Below are positions 1 through 11,451 of a stretch of 64,000 nucleotides of DNA, in pieces. Numbering within the stretch: position 1 is the first letter of the stretch; the number at the start of each line of letters is the position of its first letter. This DNA comes from Pseudomonadota bacterium (GTDB lineage: Bacteria > Pseudomonadota > Alphaproteobacteria > Sphingomonadales > Sphingomonadaceae). Below the pieces are notes generated by a model. That model saw only the letters and a list, made by a program, of their open reading frames with translations, searched no databases and had not been told where the DNA came from. A program made the translations under genes and the position numbers. The stretch is taken from assembly GCA_040388515.1 (NCBI GenBank), contig JAZKBQ010000004.1, positions 182,382 to 246,381 of the forward strand, read 5' to 3'.

Positions 1-825
1 GCGCTGCTCGCCGAGCTTCTCGATGCCGAGTTCGACCACGTCTCCGGCCTTGAGGTACCAGGGCTCCGGCTTTTGGCCGAGGCCGACTCCCGGGGGAGTG
101 CCCGTGGTGATCACGTCACCAGGCAGCAGCTTCATGAACTGCGAGCAATAGGCGACGATCTGCGCAACGGTGAAGATCATCGTCTTGCTGCTGCCATTCT
201 GCATCTTCCTGCCATTGACCGACAGCCACATGCCCAGGTTCTGCGGGTCGCCGACCTCATCGGAAGTGACCATCCACGGGCCGATCGGGCCGAACGTCGG
301 AAACCCCTTGCCCTTGTCCCAGGTCAGGCCGCGCTCGGTCTGCCAGTGGCGTTCGGACACGTCGTTGATGACGCAGTAACCGGCGACATGGTCGAGCGCA
401 TCTGCCTCCGTGACGTAGTTTGCTTCGGTGCCGATCACGACGCCAAGTTCGACTTCCCAATCGGTTTTCTTCGAATCCCGGGGGATAGTGACCGGGTCGT
501 TCGGACCCTGGATACAGCTGATCCATTTCTGGAAGACGACGGGTTCCTCGGGCACCGGCAGGTTCGATTCCGCCGCATGGTCGGCAAAGTTGGTGCCGAT
601 GGCGATGAACTGGCGAGTGCCGCCTACGCACGCACCATAGCGCACGCCGTCTTCGACCAAAGGCAGCGAGGCGGGGTCGATCCCCGCGAGCTTAGCCAGG
701 CTGGGCTTGGACAGCGCATCGGGACCGATATCGCTGATATGGGCCGACAGGTCACGGATACGGCCGTCGACGTCGATCACGCCGGGCTTTTCGGCGCCGG
801 GGGCGCCATAGCGGCAGAGCTTCAT
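1..825 (-). CDS. FAH-family hydrolase, C-terminus cut by window edge; candidate L-2,4-diketo-3-deoxyrhamnonate hydrolase (LRA6-type)
   Basis: Not in the ORF track because it is open at the window edge. My minus-strand translation from ATG 825-823 (GAGGAA at 831-836) reads MKLCRYGAPGAEKPGVIDVDGRIRDL...GTNFADHAAE...ELGVVIG...GYCVINDVSERHWQ...GFPTFGPIGPW...PGDVITTGTPPGVG. This is a fumarylacetoacetate-hydrolase fold signature. The 73..1020 + ORF is its antisense shadow. Confidence 0.8.
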   Translation of the reverse strand, partial: MKLCRYGAPGAEKPGVIDVDGRIRDLSAHISDIGPDALSKPSLAKLAGIDPASLPLVEDGVRYGACVGGTRQFIAIGTNFADHAAESNLPVPEEPVVFQKWISCIQGPNDPVTIPRDSKKTDWEVELGVVIGTEANYVTEADALDHVAGYCVINDVSERHWQTERGLTWDKGKGFPTFGPIGPWMVTSDEVGDPQNLGMWLSVNGRKMQNGSSKTMIFTVAQIVAYCSQFMKLLPGDVITTGTPPGVGLGQKPEPWYLKAGDVVELGIEKLGEQR

Positions 826-834
826 TGGAATTCC

Positions 835-2022
835 TCAGTTCGGGTAGGGACGATGGAGAGCGATGTCGCGGTTCAATTCGACACCGAAACCGGGCTTGTC
901 GAGTTCGCTCGCGCGGATTTTGCCGTTTACTGGCACCGGTTCGCCCAGCAGCTGGGGCGCGAACATCGGCACCACTTCGGTCGGTCCCGGATGCATCATC
1001 AGGAACTCGGCGAATGGTGAGTTGTGGCGCGTTATGACGAAGTGATAGCTGTAAACCGACGATCCGTGCGGGACCATCATCACACCCTTACTGTCGGCGT
1101 AACTGGCGATCTTAAGAAGCTCGGTCACGCCGCCGCACCAGCCCACGTCGGGCTGGATGATGTCACAGCATTCCATGTCCATCAGCATGCGGAAACCCCA
1201 GCGGGTCGCCTCATGCTCGCCGGTCGTGACCAGCAATCCTTTGGGCGCGTTCTTCTTGAGCTGGGCATAGCCCCAGTAATCGTCGGGGCTGAGCGCTTCC
1301 TCGATCCATTTTAGACCGCACTCGTCCCACGCTCTGTGCGCAAGACGCGTCGCATAATCTATGTCGAGGCTCATCCAGCAGTCGAGCATCAGCCAGAAAT
1401 CGTCGCCGCAGCGGCTGCGCATCTCGGCAAGGTCGGCGATGTTCTTGTGCAACCCTTCGATCCCCTCGGCGGGGCCGTGATGGAGCGGCAGCTTGCCGCC
1501 GATAAAGCCCAGTTCCTTGGCAATGTCGGGACGTGCGCCGGTCGCGTAGAACTGCAGTTCCTCGCGCACCGCGCCGCCGAGCATGTGATAGACCGGCTCA
1601 TCGCGCAGCTTGCCGAGCAAGTCCCAGATAGCGAGATCGACGCCAGAGATGGCATTCACCACCAACCCCTTGCGGCCGTAATATTGGGTGGAGAAATACA
1701 TCTGATCCCAGATCAGCTCGTACTCGGCCGGGCTGCGGCCGATCAGGAACCGGCTGAGGTGTTTTTCGACGATGAAGGCCGCCGGCTCACCACCGGTCGT
1801 GACCGCAAAACCGATCGTGCCGTCATCGGCTTCGAGTTCGACGACCAGTGTGCCGAGCACATTGATGCCGAAGCTCTGCCGCGACTGGCGATAGTCCGGA
1901 TAGCGGGCCATCGGCGTCGAGATGTGATCGTCGATCCAGTGCCCGTCGCCCTGGTCGTGATAGTCCGCACCGCCGCCGCGGACGGTGAACGCGCGGACAT
2001 GCTTGATCTTTGGCAGACTCAC
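835..2022 (-). CDS. rhmD: L-rhamnonate dehydratase (enolase superfamily, LRA3-type)
   Basis: ORF 835..2271 trimmed to GTG at 2022 ([18 protein letters not shown]) with GAGGAG upstream. Mandelate racemase/muconate-lactonizing family sequence with rhamnonate-dehydratase-like N-terminus and [11 protein letters not shown] region. Confidence 0.85.
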   Translation of the reverse strand: MSLPKIKHVRAFTVRGGGADYHDQGDGHWIDDHISTPMARYPDYRQSRQSFGINVLGTLVVELEADDGTIGFAVTTGGEPAAFIVEKHLSRFLIGRSPAEYELIWDQMYFSTQYYGRKGLVVNAISGVDLAIWDLLGKLRDEPVYHMLGGAVREELQFYATGARPDIAKELGFIGGKLPLHHGPAEGIEGLHKNIADLAEMRSRCGDDFWLMLDCWMSLDIDYATRLAHRAWDECGLKWIEEALSPDDYWGYAQLKKNAPKGLLVTTGEHEATRWGFRMLMDMECCDIIQPDVGWCGGVTELLKIASYADSKGVMMVPHGSSVYSYHFVITRHNSPFAEFLMMHPGPTEVVPMFAPQLLGEPVPVNGKIRASELDKPGFGVELNRDIALHRPYPN

Positions 2023-2032
2023 CCGAAACTCC

Positions 2033-3442
2033 TCATTGAACCCGAGATCCGCGCGCCGCGCGCTCCGCATCGTCGAGCACCAGCACCCAGTCATTGCCGG
2101 GGGCGGTGTCGCCCGGCGGATCGAAGCGACGCGTCCCGCTGTTGGCGAAACGCCCAGCATCAGTCGTTTTGCCGTCGCGTGGCGAATACCAACTTGCCCG
2201 GAGCTGCTTTCCGGCGATCTTGCCGAGCCGCATCGTAAAAGGAGCGCCGGTGTAGCTATAAGCAAAGGCATAAGCCTTGCCGCGACTGGCCATCACGCGG
2301 TCGTAACGGGTGCCGTTATCGACGATCAGGTCCTGGTCCGGCACTCGCTCCAGCATCGGGCGCGCTTCGATCAGCGAACGGACATAGTGCATCTGGTCGG
2401 CGCCGGGAGCGCGCGGCGCCTGCATCGCATCCGGCCATGGTATGTCAGCTTCGAAATTCCGGGTGTCGGCCCCCGGCAGGAAAAACTGCATGATGCTGTT
2501 TTCGCCATAGGTATGGCCGAACGCTCCGGCCATCACGGCCCACCAGGCGTAACGTCGGGCATCGGCTGCTAGCCAGCGCGGTTGCGGAGCCTTTTCATGC
2601 AAGCCGTGCGGGATGTTCTCGTACGACGGTTCCCCGTCGATCGTCGGCTTGGCCGGCAGGCGCACCCAATCCTCAGCGATGTAGCGCCAGTTGTCCTCGC
2701 CTTTCGCGTTCAGTCCTTCCTGGGCGTAGGATCGATGCCCCGACTGAAACATGTTGAAGTCGAGCCATTTCGCGTCGTGCCATTGCCAGGATGAATCGGT
2801 GCGGCCGATGGGATGAAACGTCATCATCTGTCTGGGTGCGATACCCTTGATGGTGGTTCCGAGCGCGTCCCATACGGCGGTGTTGGCTTCCGAGCGTGTG
2901 TCGCCGCCGTTGAGCCAGATGATATTCGGCCGCTTTCCGTAACGCTCCGCGATGAAACGGCCATAGGTCGGCGCGTTCTCGGTGGTCAGCACCTTGTTCA
3001 TCGCGATGTCGCCCCAGGCGGGCACGAGCGCGAGATACATCCCGAGTTGCTCCGCACGCGACGCAACCCAATCGAGGTGATCCCAAAAATCATATTCGCC
3101 AGGCTTGGCTGGGTCGCTGCCGGGGGTCGTGCGTGGCCGTGCCGGGTCGCCGTCGACGAGCGCAGGGCCGGTAGCGGGGCTCGTCATCTTGGGCGTGTGC
3201 AGCACCATCACCTGGATGACGTTGAAACCCTGGCGTTTACGCGTCTGAAGATAAGTCTCGGTCTGATCGCGATCGACCCGGCTCAGCAACAGCCAGGCGG
3301 TATCGCCCAACCAGAAAAACGGCTTGCCGCCGGCGAGCAGGTAATGGCCGTTGGGAGCGACAGTGAGCTCAGGAGTCTGCGTTGATGCGGGCGTCGCCGC
3401 CGCTGCCGCGAGTGCGGTCAGCAGGATCGAGCCGGCTTTCAT
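2033..3442 (-). CDS. Secreted glycoside hydrolase, DUF4038/apiosidase-like (GH140-type) with C-terminal collagen-binding-like domain
   Basis: ORF 2033..3487 trimmed to [16 protein letters not shown] signal peptide (ATG 3442, AAGGAAGG upstream). [14 protein letters not shown]...GFNVIQV motif is typical of the DUF4038 apiosidase-like domain. Confidence 0.65.
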   Translation of the reverse strand: MKAGSILLTALAAAAATPASTQTPELTVAPNGHYLLAGGKPFFWLGDTAWLLLSRVDRDQTETYLQTRKRQGFNVIQVMVLHTPKMTSPATGPALVDGDPARPRTTPGSDPAKPGEYDFWDHLDWVASRAEQLGMYLALVPAWGDIAMNKVLTTENAPTYGRFIAERYGKRPNIIWLNGGDTRSEANTAVWDALGTTIKGIAPRQMMTFHPIGRTDSSWQWHDAKWLDFNMFQSGHRSYAQEGLNAKGEDNWRYIAEDWVRLPAKPTIDGEPSYENIPHGLHEKAPQPRWLAADARRYAWWAVMAGAFGHTYGENSIMQFFLPGADTRNFEADIPWPDAMQAPRAPGADQMHYVRSLIEARPMLERVPDQDLIVDNGTRYDRVMASRGKAYAFAYSYTGAPFTMRLGKIAGKQLRASWYSPRDGKTTDAGRFANSGTRRFDPPGDTAPGNDWVLVLDDAERAARGSRVQ

Positions 3443-3524
3443 CCTCAGACGTCCTTCCTTTGAATTCGCGGACGTTTCTGCGTCCACGTTGTGGTCGCTT
3501 CATTGTATAATAGTATTAATTAAG

Positions 3525-4835
3525 TCAAATGTGGTTGTTCGCAAACCAGCTCGCCAGCTGTGGCGGAACAGGACCGCCCGTTGCCCAGTCGAGCAGTTCG
3601 ACCGTATGGACCACCGGCACGCCGATGCGCGGTCCGATCTGCATCGCACAACCGATATTGCCGGTAGCGATCACATCGGCATCAAGTTGCGCGAGATTGG
3701 CTGCCTTCCGGTCGCCGAGCTGCCCGGCGATCTCAGGCTGGAGGATGTTATAGGTTCCCGCCGATCCGCAGCATAAGTGCGCCTCTATCGGAGTCCGCAC
3801 GGCATATCCGGCCCCAGCCAGCAGGCGCTTGGGCGCATCAGTTACTTTTTGACCGTGCTGCAGCGAACACGCGGAATGGTATGCCACGGTAAGGCCACGC
3901 CCGTCACCCGAGGGCAAATCGGCTTCGGCCAGAAACTCGCTGATGTCTTGTGCCAATGCGGAGACACGGGCCGCCTGATCGGCATAGGCCTCGTCATCGC
4001 GCAGCATGAAGCCATAATCCTTGATGGTCGTGCCACACCCCGAGGTCGTGACGATGATGGCCGTGAGCCCGCCTGTCTCGATCTCTCGGGTCCAGGCATC
4101 GACATTGCGACGCGCCGCCGCACGACCTTCATCCTCGCGGCCCATGTGATGGACGAGTGAGCCGCAACAGCCTTCGCCATTCGCAAAGACAACGTCGTAG
4201 CCGGAGCGATTGAGCAGGCGCACTGTTGCGGCCTGGAACTCGGGCCGCAACACGGGTTCGGCGCAGCCCCGAAGCAATGCGACACGACCCTTGGCGCCGG
4301 CCACAGACGACGACCGCTGGTTGGCACGCTTGGGCAGGCTGCGCGGAGCCAGCGCCAGCATCGCTGCGAGAGGCTTCAACATGGCGGCCCGAGCGAAAAG
4401 GGGGGCAACCGGCCGCGTCAGCTTGGCCGCGGTCAGTGCGAGCCGGAATCGGCCCGGATAGGGCAGCACCCAGGCCAGTATGCTGCGCAACAAACGCTCG
4501 TGCCACGGCCGGTCGTAATGGTCGTGGATGTAAGCGCGGGCGTGGTCGACCAGGTGCATGTAGTTCACGCCGGAGGGGCACGTCGTCATACACGACAGGC
4601 ATGACAGGCAGCGATCCACATGTTTCACGACCTCGGCGCTCGGCTTCCGGTCGTTCTCCAGCATGTCCTTGATCAGGTAGATCCGGCCGCGCGGGCTATC
4701 GAGCTCGTCGCCCAGCAGCACGTAGGTAGGGCAGGTCGCCGTGCAGAAACCGCAGTGCACGCACTTGCGGATAACGCCTTCGGACGAGGCCATGGCCGGA
4801 TCGGCAAGTTGAGCGGGCGAGAATTGCGTCTGCAT
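3525..4835 (-). CDS. glcF: Glycolate oxidase iron-sulfur subunit
   Basis: Two 4Fe-4S cysteine clusters (CVHCGFCTATCP, CLSCLSCMTTCP) and CCG repeats. Start overlaps the glcE stop. Confidence 0.85.
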   Translation of the reverse strand: MQTQFSPAQLADPAMASSEGVIRKCVHCGFCTATCPTYVLLGDELDSPRGRIYLIKDMLENDRKPSAEVVKHVDRCLSCLSCMTTCPSGVNYMHLVDHARAYIHDHYDRPWHERLLRSILAWVLPYPGRFRLALTAAKLTRPVAPLFARAAMLKPLAAMLALAPRSLPKRANQRSSSVAGAKGRVALLRGCAEPVLRPEFQAATVRLLNRSGYDVVFANGEGCCGSLVHHMGREDEGRAAARRNVDAWTREIETGGLTAIIVTTSGCGTTIKDYGFMLRDDEAYADQAARVSALAQDISEFLAEADLPSGDGRGLTVAYHSACSLQHGQKVTDAPKRLLAGAGYAVRTPIEAHLCCGSAGTYNILQPEIAGQLGDRKAANLAQLDADVIATGNIGCAMQIGPRIGVPVVHTVELLDWATGGPVPPQLASWFANNHI

Positions 4836-5950
4836 TAGCTGAACCGTCCCGTCTCGAATACTCTGGCCGGGTCGAATGCGCGGCGCACGCTTTCTTCAAG
4901 GGCTGCCACCTGCTTCAGCTGGGGGTGAAGTGCCGATACTGCAGCGCGTGTTGCGGCGTCGGCCCGGATCAGGGTGGCGTGACCGCCCGCCACTTCGGCT
5001 GCGCGGCGGATCACCTGCGGATCGGCATTGCTCGCAAGCCACACCAGGCCCCCGGCCCAGTCGAATTGCCATTTTGCATCGGGAACGGTCTCGACGAACG
5101 CCGACGCTTTTCCTGGGGAAATAATCGCCCGCCATAGCGGCACGTCGGCAGGCAATGTCGACGCATGACGTGCCGCGTCCCACAATTGGTCACCGCCGGG
5201 ATAGTGCGAAAGGCCGTCGATCAATCCGGCAAGACGTTTCGCGCGTGCTTCGATCGAATGTGAAAAGCCGTCGAGCCTGAGCGCAGTGACGGCCCCACCA
5301 TCCCACGACGGTAAATGTGCAGCGGCGGAAACCTCGGCCGCCGATCCGAGCGCCGTCGCCATTGCCGCTACAGCAGCGGCGGGCGAAAGACCTCGCACCA
5401 CCCATGTCTCCTGTTCCCGCGGTGCTGGCAGGACCTTGAGTGTCAACTCTGTCAACGCAACGATCCGGCCCCAGCTGCCGGTGACCAGCTTAGACAGGTC
5501 GTAACCCGTGACGTTTTTGACCACCTTGGCGCCGGCGACGAAGCGTTCGCCGCGTCCCGATACCGCGGTGAATCCCAGCAGGTGATCGCGCGCTCCGCCG
5601 CGGCTCAGTCGAGCCGGTCCCGCAATACCGGCCGCAATGATACCGCCGATGGTCGCCTGGCCCGGCTCGCCACCAAGAATGGCGGCGTGATCGAAGGGAT
5701 CGAATGCGAGCATCTGGCCTTCGCTCGCGACCAGCGCCTGCACTTCCGCAAGCGGCGTTCCGGCGCCGACCGTCAGCACCAGTTCCGGGGGATCATAATC
5801 GATGACCCTCGCAAAACCGCGCATGTCGACGACAGTCGCATTGGGTGTAGGCGCGCCGATCGCGTCCTTGCTCCCGCCGCCGCGCAGGCGAACGGGGCCG
5901 CCACGCATGACGATGTCGCACAATTCCTCGATGGTTCCCGGACGCAGCAT
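4835..5950 (-). CDS. glcE: Glycolate oxidase FAD-binding subunit
   Basis: FAD-binding PCMH-type N-terminus. Sits between glcD and glcF with overlapping start and stop codons. Confidence 0.8.
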   Translation of the reverse strand: MLRPGTIEELCDIVMRGGPVRLRGGGSKDAIGAPTPNATVVDMRGFARVIDYDPPELVLTVGAGTPLAEVQALVASEGQMLAFDPFDHAAILGGEPGQATIGGIIAAGIAGPARLSRGGARDHLLGFTAVSGRGERFVAGAKVVKNVTGYDLSKLVTGSWGRIVALTELTLKVLPAPREQETWVVRGLSPAAAVAAMATALGSAAEVSAAAHLPSWDGGAVTALRLDGFSHSIEARAKRLAGLIDGLSHYPGGDQLWDAARHASTLPADVPLWRAIISPGKASAFVETVPDAKWQFDWAGGLVWLASNADPQVIRRAAEVAGGHATLIRADAATRAAVSALHPQLKQVAALEESVRRAFDPARVFETGRFS

Positions 5951-7443
5951 CAGAAGCGCGGAAGCTCGGGGAAGGGCAGTTGCCCGTTATGCACATGCAT
6001 CCGGCCGAGTTCGGCGCAGCGGTGCAGTTCGGGAAACATCTTGCCGGGGTTGAGTAGAAGTTCGGGATCGAAAGCGCATTTGACTCGCTGTTGATGCGCG
6101 AGATCCACGGGCGAAAACATGATCGGCATCAGGTCGCGTTTCTCAACGCCGACGCCGTGTTCGCCCGTCAGGACACCGCCGACCTCGACACACAGCCGCA
6201 AGATATCGGCACCGAACGCTTCGGCCCTGTCGAGTTGCCCCGGCTGGTTCGCATCATACAGGATCAGTGGATGAAGATTGCCGTCGCCTGCGTGGAAGAC
6301 GTTGATCACGCCAAGGCCATGCTGTTCGGACAGGACGCGCATGCGTGCCAGCACGTCGGGCAGTCGGCGACGCGGAATGGTGCCGTCCATGCAGAGATAG
6401 TCCGGCGCGAGCCGGCCGGCAGCAGGGAAGGCGGCCTTGCGTCCCGCCCAGAATGCCGCGCGTTCCGCATCGTCGATGGAACTGCGCACCGAAACCGCAC
6501 CATTGGTCCGCGCGATGCCCTCTACCTCGCCGAGCAGATGATCGCATTCGGCAGCCGGTCCATCCAGTTCGACGATCAGCAATGCCTCGACGTCGAGTGG
6601 ATAGCCGACCTGTACGAAGGCTTCCGCCGCATGAACCGCGGGTTTGTCCATCATCTCCATACCCGCTGGAATGATCCCGGCGGCAATGACGTCCGCCACG
6701 CATTTGCCTGCACCTTCGACAGTGGAAAAACCGATGAGCAGAGCGCGCGCAGTCTCGGGGCGCGGGAGGATGCGCACCGTTACTTCCGTTACCACCCCAA
6801 GCAGCCCTTCCGAGCCGACGATCAGTCCCAGGAGATCGAGTCCTTGCGGTTCCATGCCGCGCCCGCCGAAGCGCAACACCTCGCCCTCGATGGTCACGAA
6901 TTCGACGCCGAGGACGTTGTTCGTTGTCAGGCCGTATTTCAGGCAGTGCACGCCGCCCGAATTCTCGGCAACGTTGCCGCCGATCGTGCATGCGATCTGG
7001 CTGGACGGGTCGGGAGCGTAATAGAAACCGGCGTCTTCGACTGCGCGCGTGATCGCGAGGTTGGTGACGCCGGGCTGCACCACGGCAACCCGGTCGGCAT
7101 AGTCGATGTCGAGGATGCGGTTGAACCGCGCCATGCCCAGCAATACGCCGTCGGCAAGCGGTAATGCCCCGCCCGACAGCGACGTGCCCGCGCCGCGTGG
7201 TACGACCTTCACGCGATTGGCATGGCACCAGCGCAGCACTGCCGAAACCTGTTCGACCGTTTGTGGCAGCACGACAACCATCGGCGGCTGGCGATAAGCG
7301 GTCAGCGCGTCGGATTCATAAGGACGCAGTGCATCGATATCGTCGATCACGCCTTCGCCTGCCACGATCGCGCGCATTGCGGCAACGATCTCGCTGCGTC
7401 GTGCGAGCACGCCGGCATCCGGTTCGGGCATGCAGAGCGACAT
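5950..7443 (-). CDS. glcD: Glycolate oxidase subunit GlcD (FAD-linked oxidase)
   Basis: 497-aa FAD-linked oxidase (VVPRGAGTSLSGGALP, GTITGEHGVG-type C-terminus). First gene of the glcDEF order. Confidence 0.85.
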   Translation of the reverse strand: MSLCMPEPDAGVLARRSEIVAAMRAIVAGEGVIDDIDALRPYESDALTAYRQPPMVVVLPQTVEQVSAVLRWCHANRVKVVPRGAGTSLSGGALPLADGVLLGMARFNRILDIDYADRVAVVQPGVTNLAITRAVEDAGFYYAPDPSSQIACTIGGNVAENSGGVHCLKYGLTTNNVLGVEFVTIEGEVLRFGGRGMEPQGLDLLGLIVGSEGLLGVVTEVTVRILPRPETARALLIGFSTVEGAGKCVADVIAAGIIPAGMEMMDKPAVHAAEAFVQVGYPLDVEALLIVELDGPAAECDHLLGEVEGIARTNGAVSVRSSIDDAERAAFWAGRKAAFPAAGRLAPDYLCMDGTIPRRRLPDVLARMRVLSEQHGLGVINVFHAGDGNLHPLILYDANQPGQLDRAEAFGADILRLCVEVGGVLTGEHGVGVEKRDLMPIMFSPVDLAHQQRVKCAFDPELLLNPGKMFPELHRCAELGRMHVHNGQLPFPELPRF

Positions 7444-8207
7444 TACTGCAGGTTCACGAACATTCCGCCGTCGACCAGCAATGCCGCGCCGGTCACATAG
7501 GCCGCCATGTCGGAAGCCAGGAAAACGATTGGGCCAGCAAGGTCTTCCGGCATGCCGAGCCGCCCCAGCGGCGTACGCTCTTCCATGTATCTGCGCTTTT
7601 CGACATCGGCGAGATCGTCCTTGTTGATCTCTGTCAGGATCGTGCCGGGAAGGACCGAGTTGCAGCGGATGCCATGCTTCCCGAGTGCGATTGCCGCTGA
7701 CTGCATCAGCGAATGCACGCCGGCCTTGGTCGGGGTGTAGTGGGTCTGGAATTCACCGCCGACGAGCGCCGAGATCGACGATACTGCGACGATCGCGCCG
7801 CCGTCGCCTTGCTTGACCATCTGGTTCGCCGCTGCCTGCACCATGTAATAGGCACCGTGAAGATTGACGCGAAACGTGCGGTCGACTGTTTCGACGGGCA
7901 TGTCGAGGAAAGCGTGGAACGGGCAGATGCCTGCGTTCGATACCATCACATCGACGCGGCCGAACGTATCTACGGCCTTGGTAACGAAATCGGTGGCAGT
8001 TTCGGGCAGGGCGACATCGCCTTTAACGGCAAGGCCCTTCTGGCCCAGCGCTTCGATTTCCGCGACGCAGGAGTGCGCCTTGTCGTCGCTCGACGCGTAG
8101 TTGATCGCGACGTTCGCGCCGTGCTGCGCGGCACCGATCGCGGCGGCGCGGCCGATGCCGGTAGAGCCGCCGGTCACCAGAACGGTTTTGCCTTCGAGAA
8201 GCTTCAT
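7443..8207 (-). CDS. Short-chain dehydrogenase/reductase; candidate L-rhamnose 1-dehydrogenase or 2-keto-3-deoxy-L-rhamnonate 4-dehydrogenase
   Basis: ORF trimmed to [23 protein letters not shown] (ATG 8207, ATGA overlap with the lldD stop). Has the TGxxxGxG Rossmann motif and YxxxK (YTPTK). Confidence 0.8.
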   Translation of the reverse strand: MKLLEGKTVLVTGGSTGIGRAAAIGAAQHGANVAINYASSDDKAHSCVAEIEALGQKGLAVKGDVALPETATDFVTKAVDTFGRVDVMVSNAGICPFHAFLDMPVETVDRTFRVNLHGAYYMVQAAANQMVKQGDGGAIVAVSSISALVGGEFQTHYTPTKAGVHSLMQSAAIALGKHGIRCNSVLPGTILTEINKDDLADVEKRRYMEERTPLGRLGMPEDLAGPIVFLASDMAAYVTGAALLVDGGMFVNLQ

Positions 8208-9343
8208 TGAACAGTCTCCGCGAGGATCGAGCGGTCGATCGCCGCGATCCGGTTCACCCCGGTCAGCGTCATCGCGACCGTCATTTCCTTGGCGATCAGG
8301 TCGAGCAGCGTGTTGACGCCAGCCTCGCCCTGCGCTGCCAGTGCATAGACCCAAGCACGTCCGAGCAGCACGCCTTTCGCACCGAGTGCAAGCATGCGAA
8401 CGACATCGAGCCCGTTGCGGATGCCCCCGTCCGCGAGCACGGTAAGCTTGTCACCCACCGCATCGGCAATGGCGGGCAGGGCGCGTGCGCTCGACAGCAC
8501 GCCGTCGAGTTGGCGACCGCCGTGGTTGGACACGACGATACCATTGGCGCCAATTGCTGCAGCTTCGCGCGCATCTTCGGGATCGAGGATACCCTTGATG
8601 ATCAACGGCCCGTCCCACGCCTGCCGGATCCAGTCGAGATCCTTCCACTGGATCGACGGATCGAAGTTGGCGCCCAGCCAGCCCATATAGTCGTTCAACC
8701 CGCTGTTGCTGCCGAGCACCGGCTTCAGGTTGCCGAGCGTATGAGGGCGTCCGCGCAGTCCCACGTCCCAGGCCCAATGCGGTTTCCCCATTGCTTGCAA
8801 CACGCGGCGCACAGGGGCGTTCGGTCCTGACATGCCTGAATGGGCATCGCGATAGCGCGCTCCGGGTACCGGCATATCGACGGTAAATACCATTGCTTCG
8901 GCACCCGCGGCCTTGGCCGTGGCGATCAGGTCTTTCATGAATCCGCGGTCGCGGATCACGTAGAGCTGGAACCAGAATGGGTCGGCCGCTTTCGCGACAT
9001 CTTCGATCGGACATATCGAGACGGTCGACAGGCAAAGCGGTATGCCGCTACGCCGCGCAGCGCGTGCGGCCTGCAACTCGCCGCGGCGCGCATACATTCC
9101 GCTGATTCCCACCGGTCCCAACGCCACCGGCAGGGAAACTTCCCGCCCGAACAGCGTGGTCTTGAGGTCGATCGACGCCACATCTTTCAGCACGCGCTGC
9201 CTGAGCGCGACGCCGGAAAGATCGCTCACATTTCTGCGGAGGGTTTGCTCGGCATAGGCTCCACCATCAGCATAGTCGAAAAGGAAGCGCGGCAGACGAC
9301 GCCGCGCAGCTTCCCGGAAATCGGCTGCGGATGAAATAATCAT
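8204..9343 (-). CDS. lldD: FMN-dependent L-lactate dehydrogenase
   Basis: 379 aa. N-terminus [32 protein letters not shown] and [10 protein letters not shown] motif of alpha-hydroxy-acid oxidases. Confidence 0.85.
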   Translation of the reverse strand: MIISSAADFREAARRRLPRFLFDYADGGAYAEQTLRRNVSDLSGVALRQRVLKDVASIDLKTTLFGREVSLPVALGPVGISGMYARRGELQAARAARRSGIPLCLSTVSICPIEDVAKAADPFWFQLYVIRDRGFMKDLIATAKAAGAEAMVFTVDMPVPGARYRDAHSGMSGPNAPVRRVLQAMGKPHWAWDVGLRGRPHTLGNLKPVLGSNSGLNDYMGWLGANFDPSIQWKDLDWIRQAWDGPLIIKGILDPEDAREAAAIGANGIVVSNHGGRQLDGVLSSARALPAIADAVGDKLTVLADGGIRNGLDVVRMLALGAKGVLLGRAWVYALAAQGEAGVNTLLDLIAKEMTVAMTLTGVNRIAAIDRSILAETVQ

Positions 9344-9387
9344 ACTTTTCCTTAGGGCCGATACAGCGCCCAGTCATCACCCGATTT

Positions 9388-10368
9388 TCAGTATGATGTG
9401 AACAATGCCTGCCGCGCGAGGTTGAGCGCGGTAACGGCGTCCTGTGCGTCCTGCGCCTTTTGCATCGCCTCGAAATCGAGCTTGTCGAGCGCACGCTCGA
9501 CCGCCTTGAGGAAGCCGATCGCGGAGTTCGCTGCCGCCACCGAATCCTCACGGAAGGGGAACTGGTCGAGCTGCCACACGCCTTCCCATTTGTTCTTCTT
9601 GAGCGTGTAGAAGAATTCGAACAGTTCGATCGGGTGGACCGATCCGGCGATAAGATCGTCGTCCCAGCTACGCAGATTGTCGTTCACGTCCATGCCGAAC
9701 AGTCGGCCGTGATCGATCGCAAGCTGCGCCGCGTCGGCAGGACTTTCGCCGCCATAGAGCGAGTGCCCGAAATCGAGCAGGATGCCGACGTTGGGCAGGC
9801 CCATTTTTTCGATACCGAGCAATGTCCGGGCGACACTGTCATAGCTCATGTGCACGCGCGGCTCGCGCGGCTTGTATTCGATCACGAATTTCAGGTCGGG
9901 GTTCTGGCCGGCAAGTTCGCCGATCCCCTCGACACTCATCTGCCACAGCTTCTTGTGGTCGACCTGGAATGGATAGTCCCATCCGTCCTGGCCCGGCCAC
10001 AGCTTCACGTAATCCGCGCCGAAACGGCGGACGACATTCGCAGCATCGTTGCACATCTCATTGGCGAGCTTGCGCACGCCCGGGTCCGGGTTGGTGAACG
10101 CGCCCTTGGCGAACTGGCGCGTGTAGATTTCGGGCGTGATGCCGATCACCGACAGGTTGTTGCGCTTGAGCGCTTGCTCGACGGTATCGAGCGACAGGCT
10201 GGTGTCGGCGAAGGGATAATTGATGTCGACGACCGACAGGTCGTCGACCTGCCCTGCAAGATCGATCATGTCGACCAGTGTGCGTGGCGGACCGTATCCA
10301 TCGGTCGCGTAACGATCGACATAGGTCGCGAAATGCCAGATGCCGGCGCCATAACGCTGTTTGCTCAT
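9388..10368 (-). CDS. Xylose-isomerase-like TIM-barrel sugar isomerase/epimerase (candidate D-apiose isomerase)
   Basis: ORF trimmed to [13 protein letters not shown] (ATG 10368, GAAGAGGA upstream). AP-endonuclease-2/xylose-isomerase-like barrel sequence. Context is a split transketolase plus a kinase. Confidence 0.6.
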   Translation of the reverse strand: MSKQRYGAGIWHFATYVDRYATDGYGPPRTLVDMIDLAGQVDDLSVVDINYPFADTSLSLDTVEQALKRNNLSVIGITPEIYTRQFAKGAFTNPDPGVRKLANEMCNDAANVVRRFGADYVKLWPGQDGWDYPFQVDHKKLWQMSVEGIGELAGQNPDLKFVIEYKPREPRVHMSYDSVARTLLGIEKMGLPNVGILLDFGHSLYGGESPADAAQLAIDHGRLFGMDVNDNLRSWDDDLIAGSVHPIELFEFFYTLKKNKWEGVWQLDQFPFREDSVAAANSAIGFLKAVERALDKLDFEAMQKAQDAQDAVTALNLARQALFTSY

Positions 10369-10396
10369 CGTTGAATCCTCTTCCAGATTTTTGCCG

Positions 10397-11275
10397 TTAG
10401 GCGATGATGACCTCGACGCCCGCGCTCTCGATGATCGCGCGGTCGGCATCGCGGATTCCCTCGTCGGTGATCAGGATGTGGATCAGGTCCAGGCCGCCCA
10501 GCGACGAGAACGACCGCACACCGATCTTGCTCGAATCCGCGACCAGTATGACCTGCTCGGCAGCTCCGATCATCGCGCGCTTCACTGCGATGTCGGAAAG
10601 CGCTGGATAGGTCAGGCCCGCATCCGGATCGATCGCGGCGGTCGCCAAGAACAGTTTCTGCACGAACAGGCCGCCGAAATAGTCCGCCGAACGCTCCCCG
10701 CTCAGCGAAAGCGTCGGCGCCTTGAAATGGCCGCCGCTCATATGGACGTCGAACCCCGGTTCGGCGCCCAGCATCAGCGCGATGTTGAGCGCATTGGTGA
10801 TCACCGTCATGTCACGATGACCCAAAATATTGGCCGCCACTTCAGTCGTGGTGGAGCCGGAATCGAGGATGATGGTCTCGCCATCGCCGATCATCGCGGC
10901 TGCCCTGCGGCCGATCTTGCGCTTCGCATCCATGTTGTCGAGATGGTGAAGTGCCATCGCGCGCACCTGCTGGCGTACGGATTTCAGATAGGCACCGCCG
11001 TGTTCACGGACGATGTGTCCGTCGGATTCGAGCTTTTCCAGATCCTGGCGCACGGTAACTTCCGAAACCGAAAAAGCCTGGGCGAGGTCGCGCACACGGG
11101 CGCTTCCTTCTTCCCTGAGCCATTCGAGGATTTTGTTGCGCCGGGCTTCGCCGAGTTCGCGGGTACGGGAAGCCGGTGTTTTCGGGCGGGGCGGGGTGGG
11201 GCTGGCGGGCGGCATCGGAGGACTATCCGTGCGGACACGCGCATATAGCAAGTCCGGACCGGTGACTTTTGCCAT
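10397..11275 (-). CDS. DeoR-family transcriptional regulator
   Basis: wHTH ([39 protein letters not shown]) plus DeoR C-terminal sugar-phosphate sensor domain. Start is uncertain (11275 preferred because GGGAG lies upstream; 11305 and 11215 are possible). Confidence 0.8.
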   Translation of the reverse strand: MAKVTGPDLLYARVRTDSPPMPPASPTPPRPKTPASRTRELGEARRNKILEWLREEGSARVRDLAQAFSVSEVTVRQDLEKLESDGHIVREHGGAYLKSVRQQVRAMALHHLDNMDAKRKIGRRAAAMIGDGETIILDSGSTTTEVAANILGHRDMTVITNALNIALMLGAEPGFDVHMSGGHFKAPTLSLSGERSADYFGGLFVQKLFLATAAIDPDAGLTYPALSDIAVKRAMIGAAEQVILVADSSKIGVRSFSSLGGLDLIHILITDEGIRDADRAIIESAGVEVIIA

Positions 11276-11451
11276 CGCTGCTCCCAAAGGCCCGCCGCCT
11301 CGCATGGTTGCGGTGCCGGGCGGGCTTGTATCGTCGATCTTCGGTTTCTGTCAATTTTGCTTTCAAAGCTTTAGAAACGAAAAAAATCGAAAGTAAAATT
11401 GTTGCGCTTGTTTGCGGCATGGTTTATCTAATGTGTCAGGAGAGGGCATAA

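Noticed and set aside
73-1020. 315-aa plus-strand ORF at the left edge
   Set aside because: It is the antisense shadow of the FAH-family gene. The minus-strand frame gives a clean FAH-fold protein with an RBS, while the plus-strand product is Arg/Ala/Gly-rich with no recognisable motifs.
11306-11451. AAAGCTTT palindrome and A/T-rich tract in the DeoR/transketolase divergent gap as a defined operator. Similar AT-rich palindromes occur at 19480-19520 and 3490-3525.
   Set aside because: These are plausible promoter or operator regions. I cannot support a specific binding site or regulator from the sequence alone.
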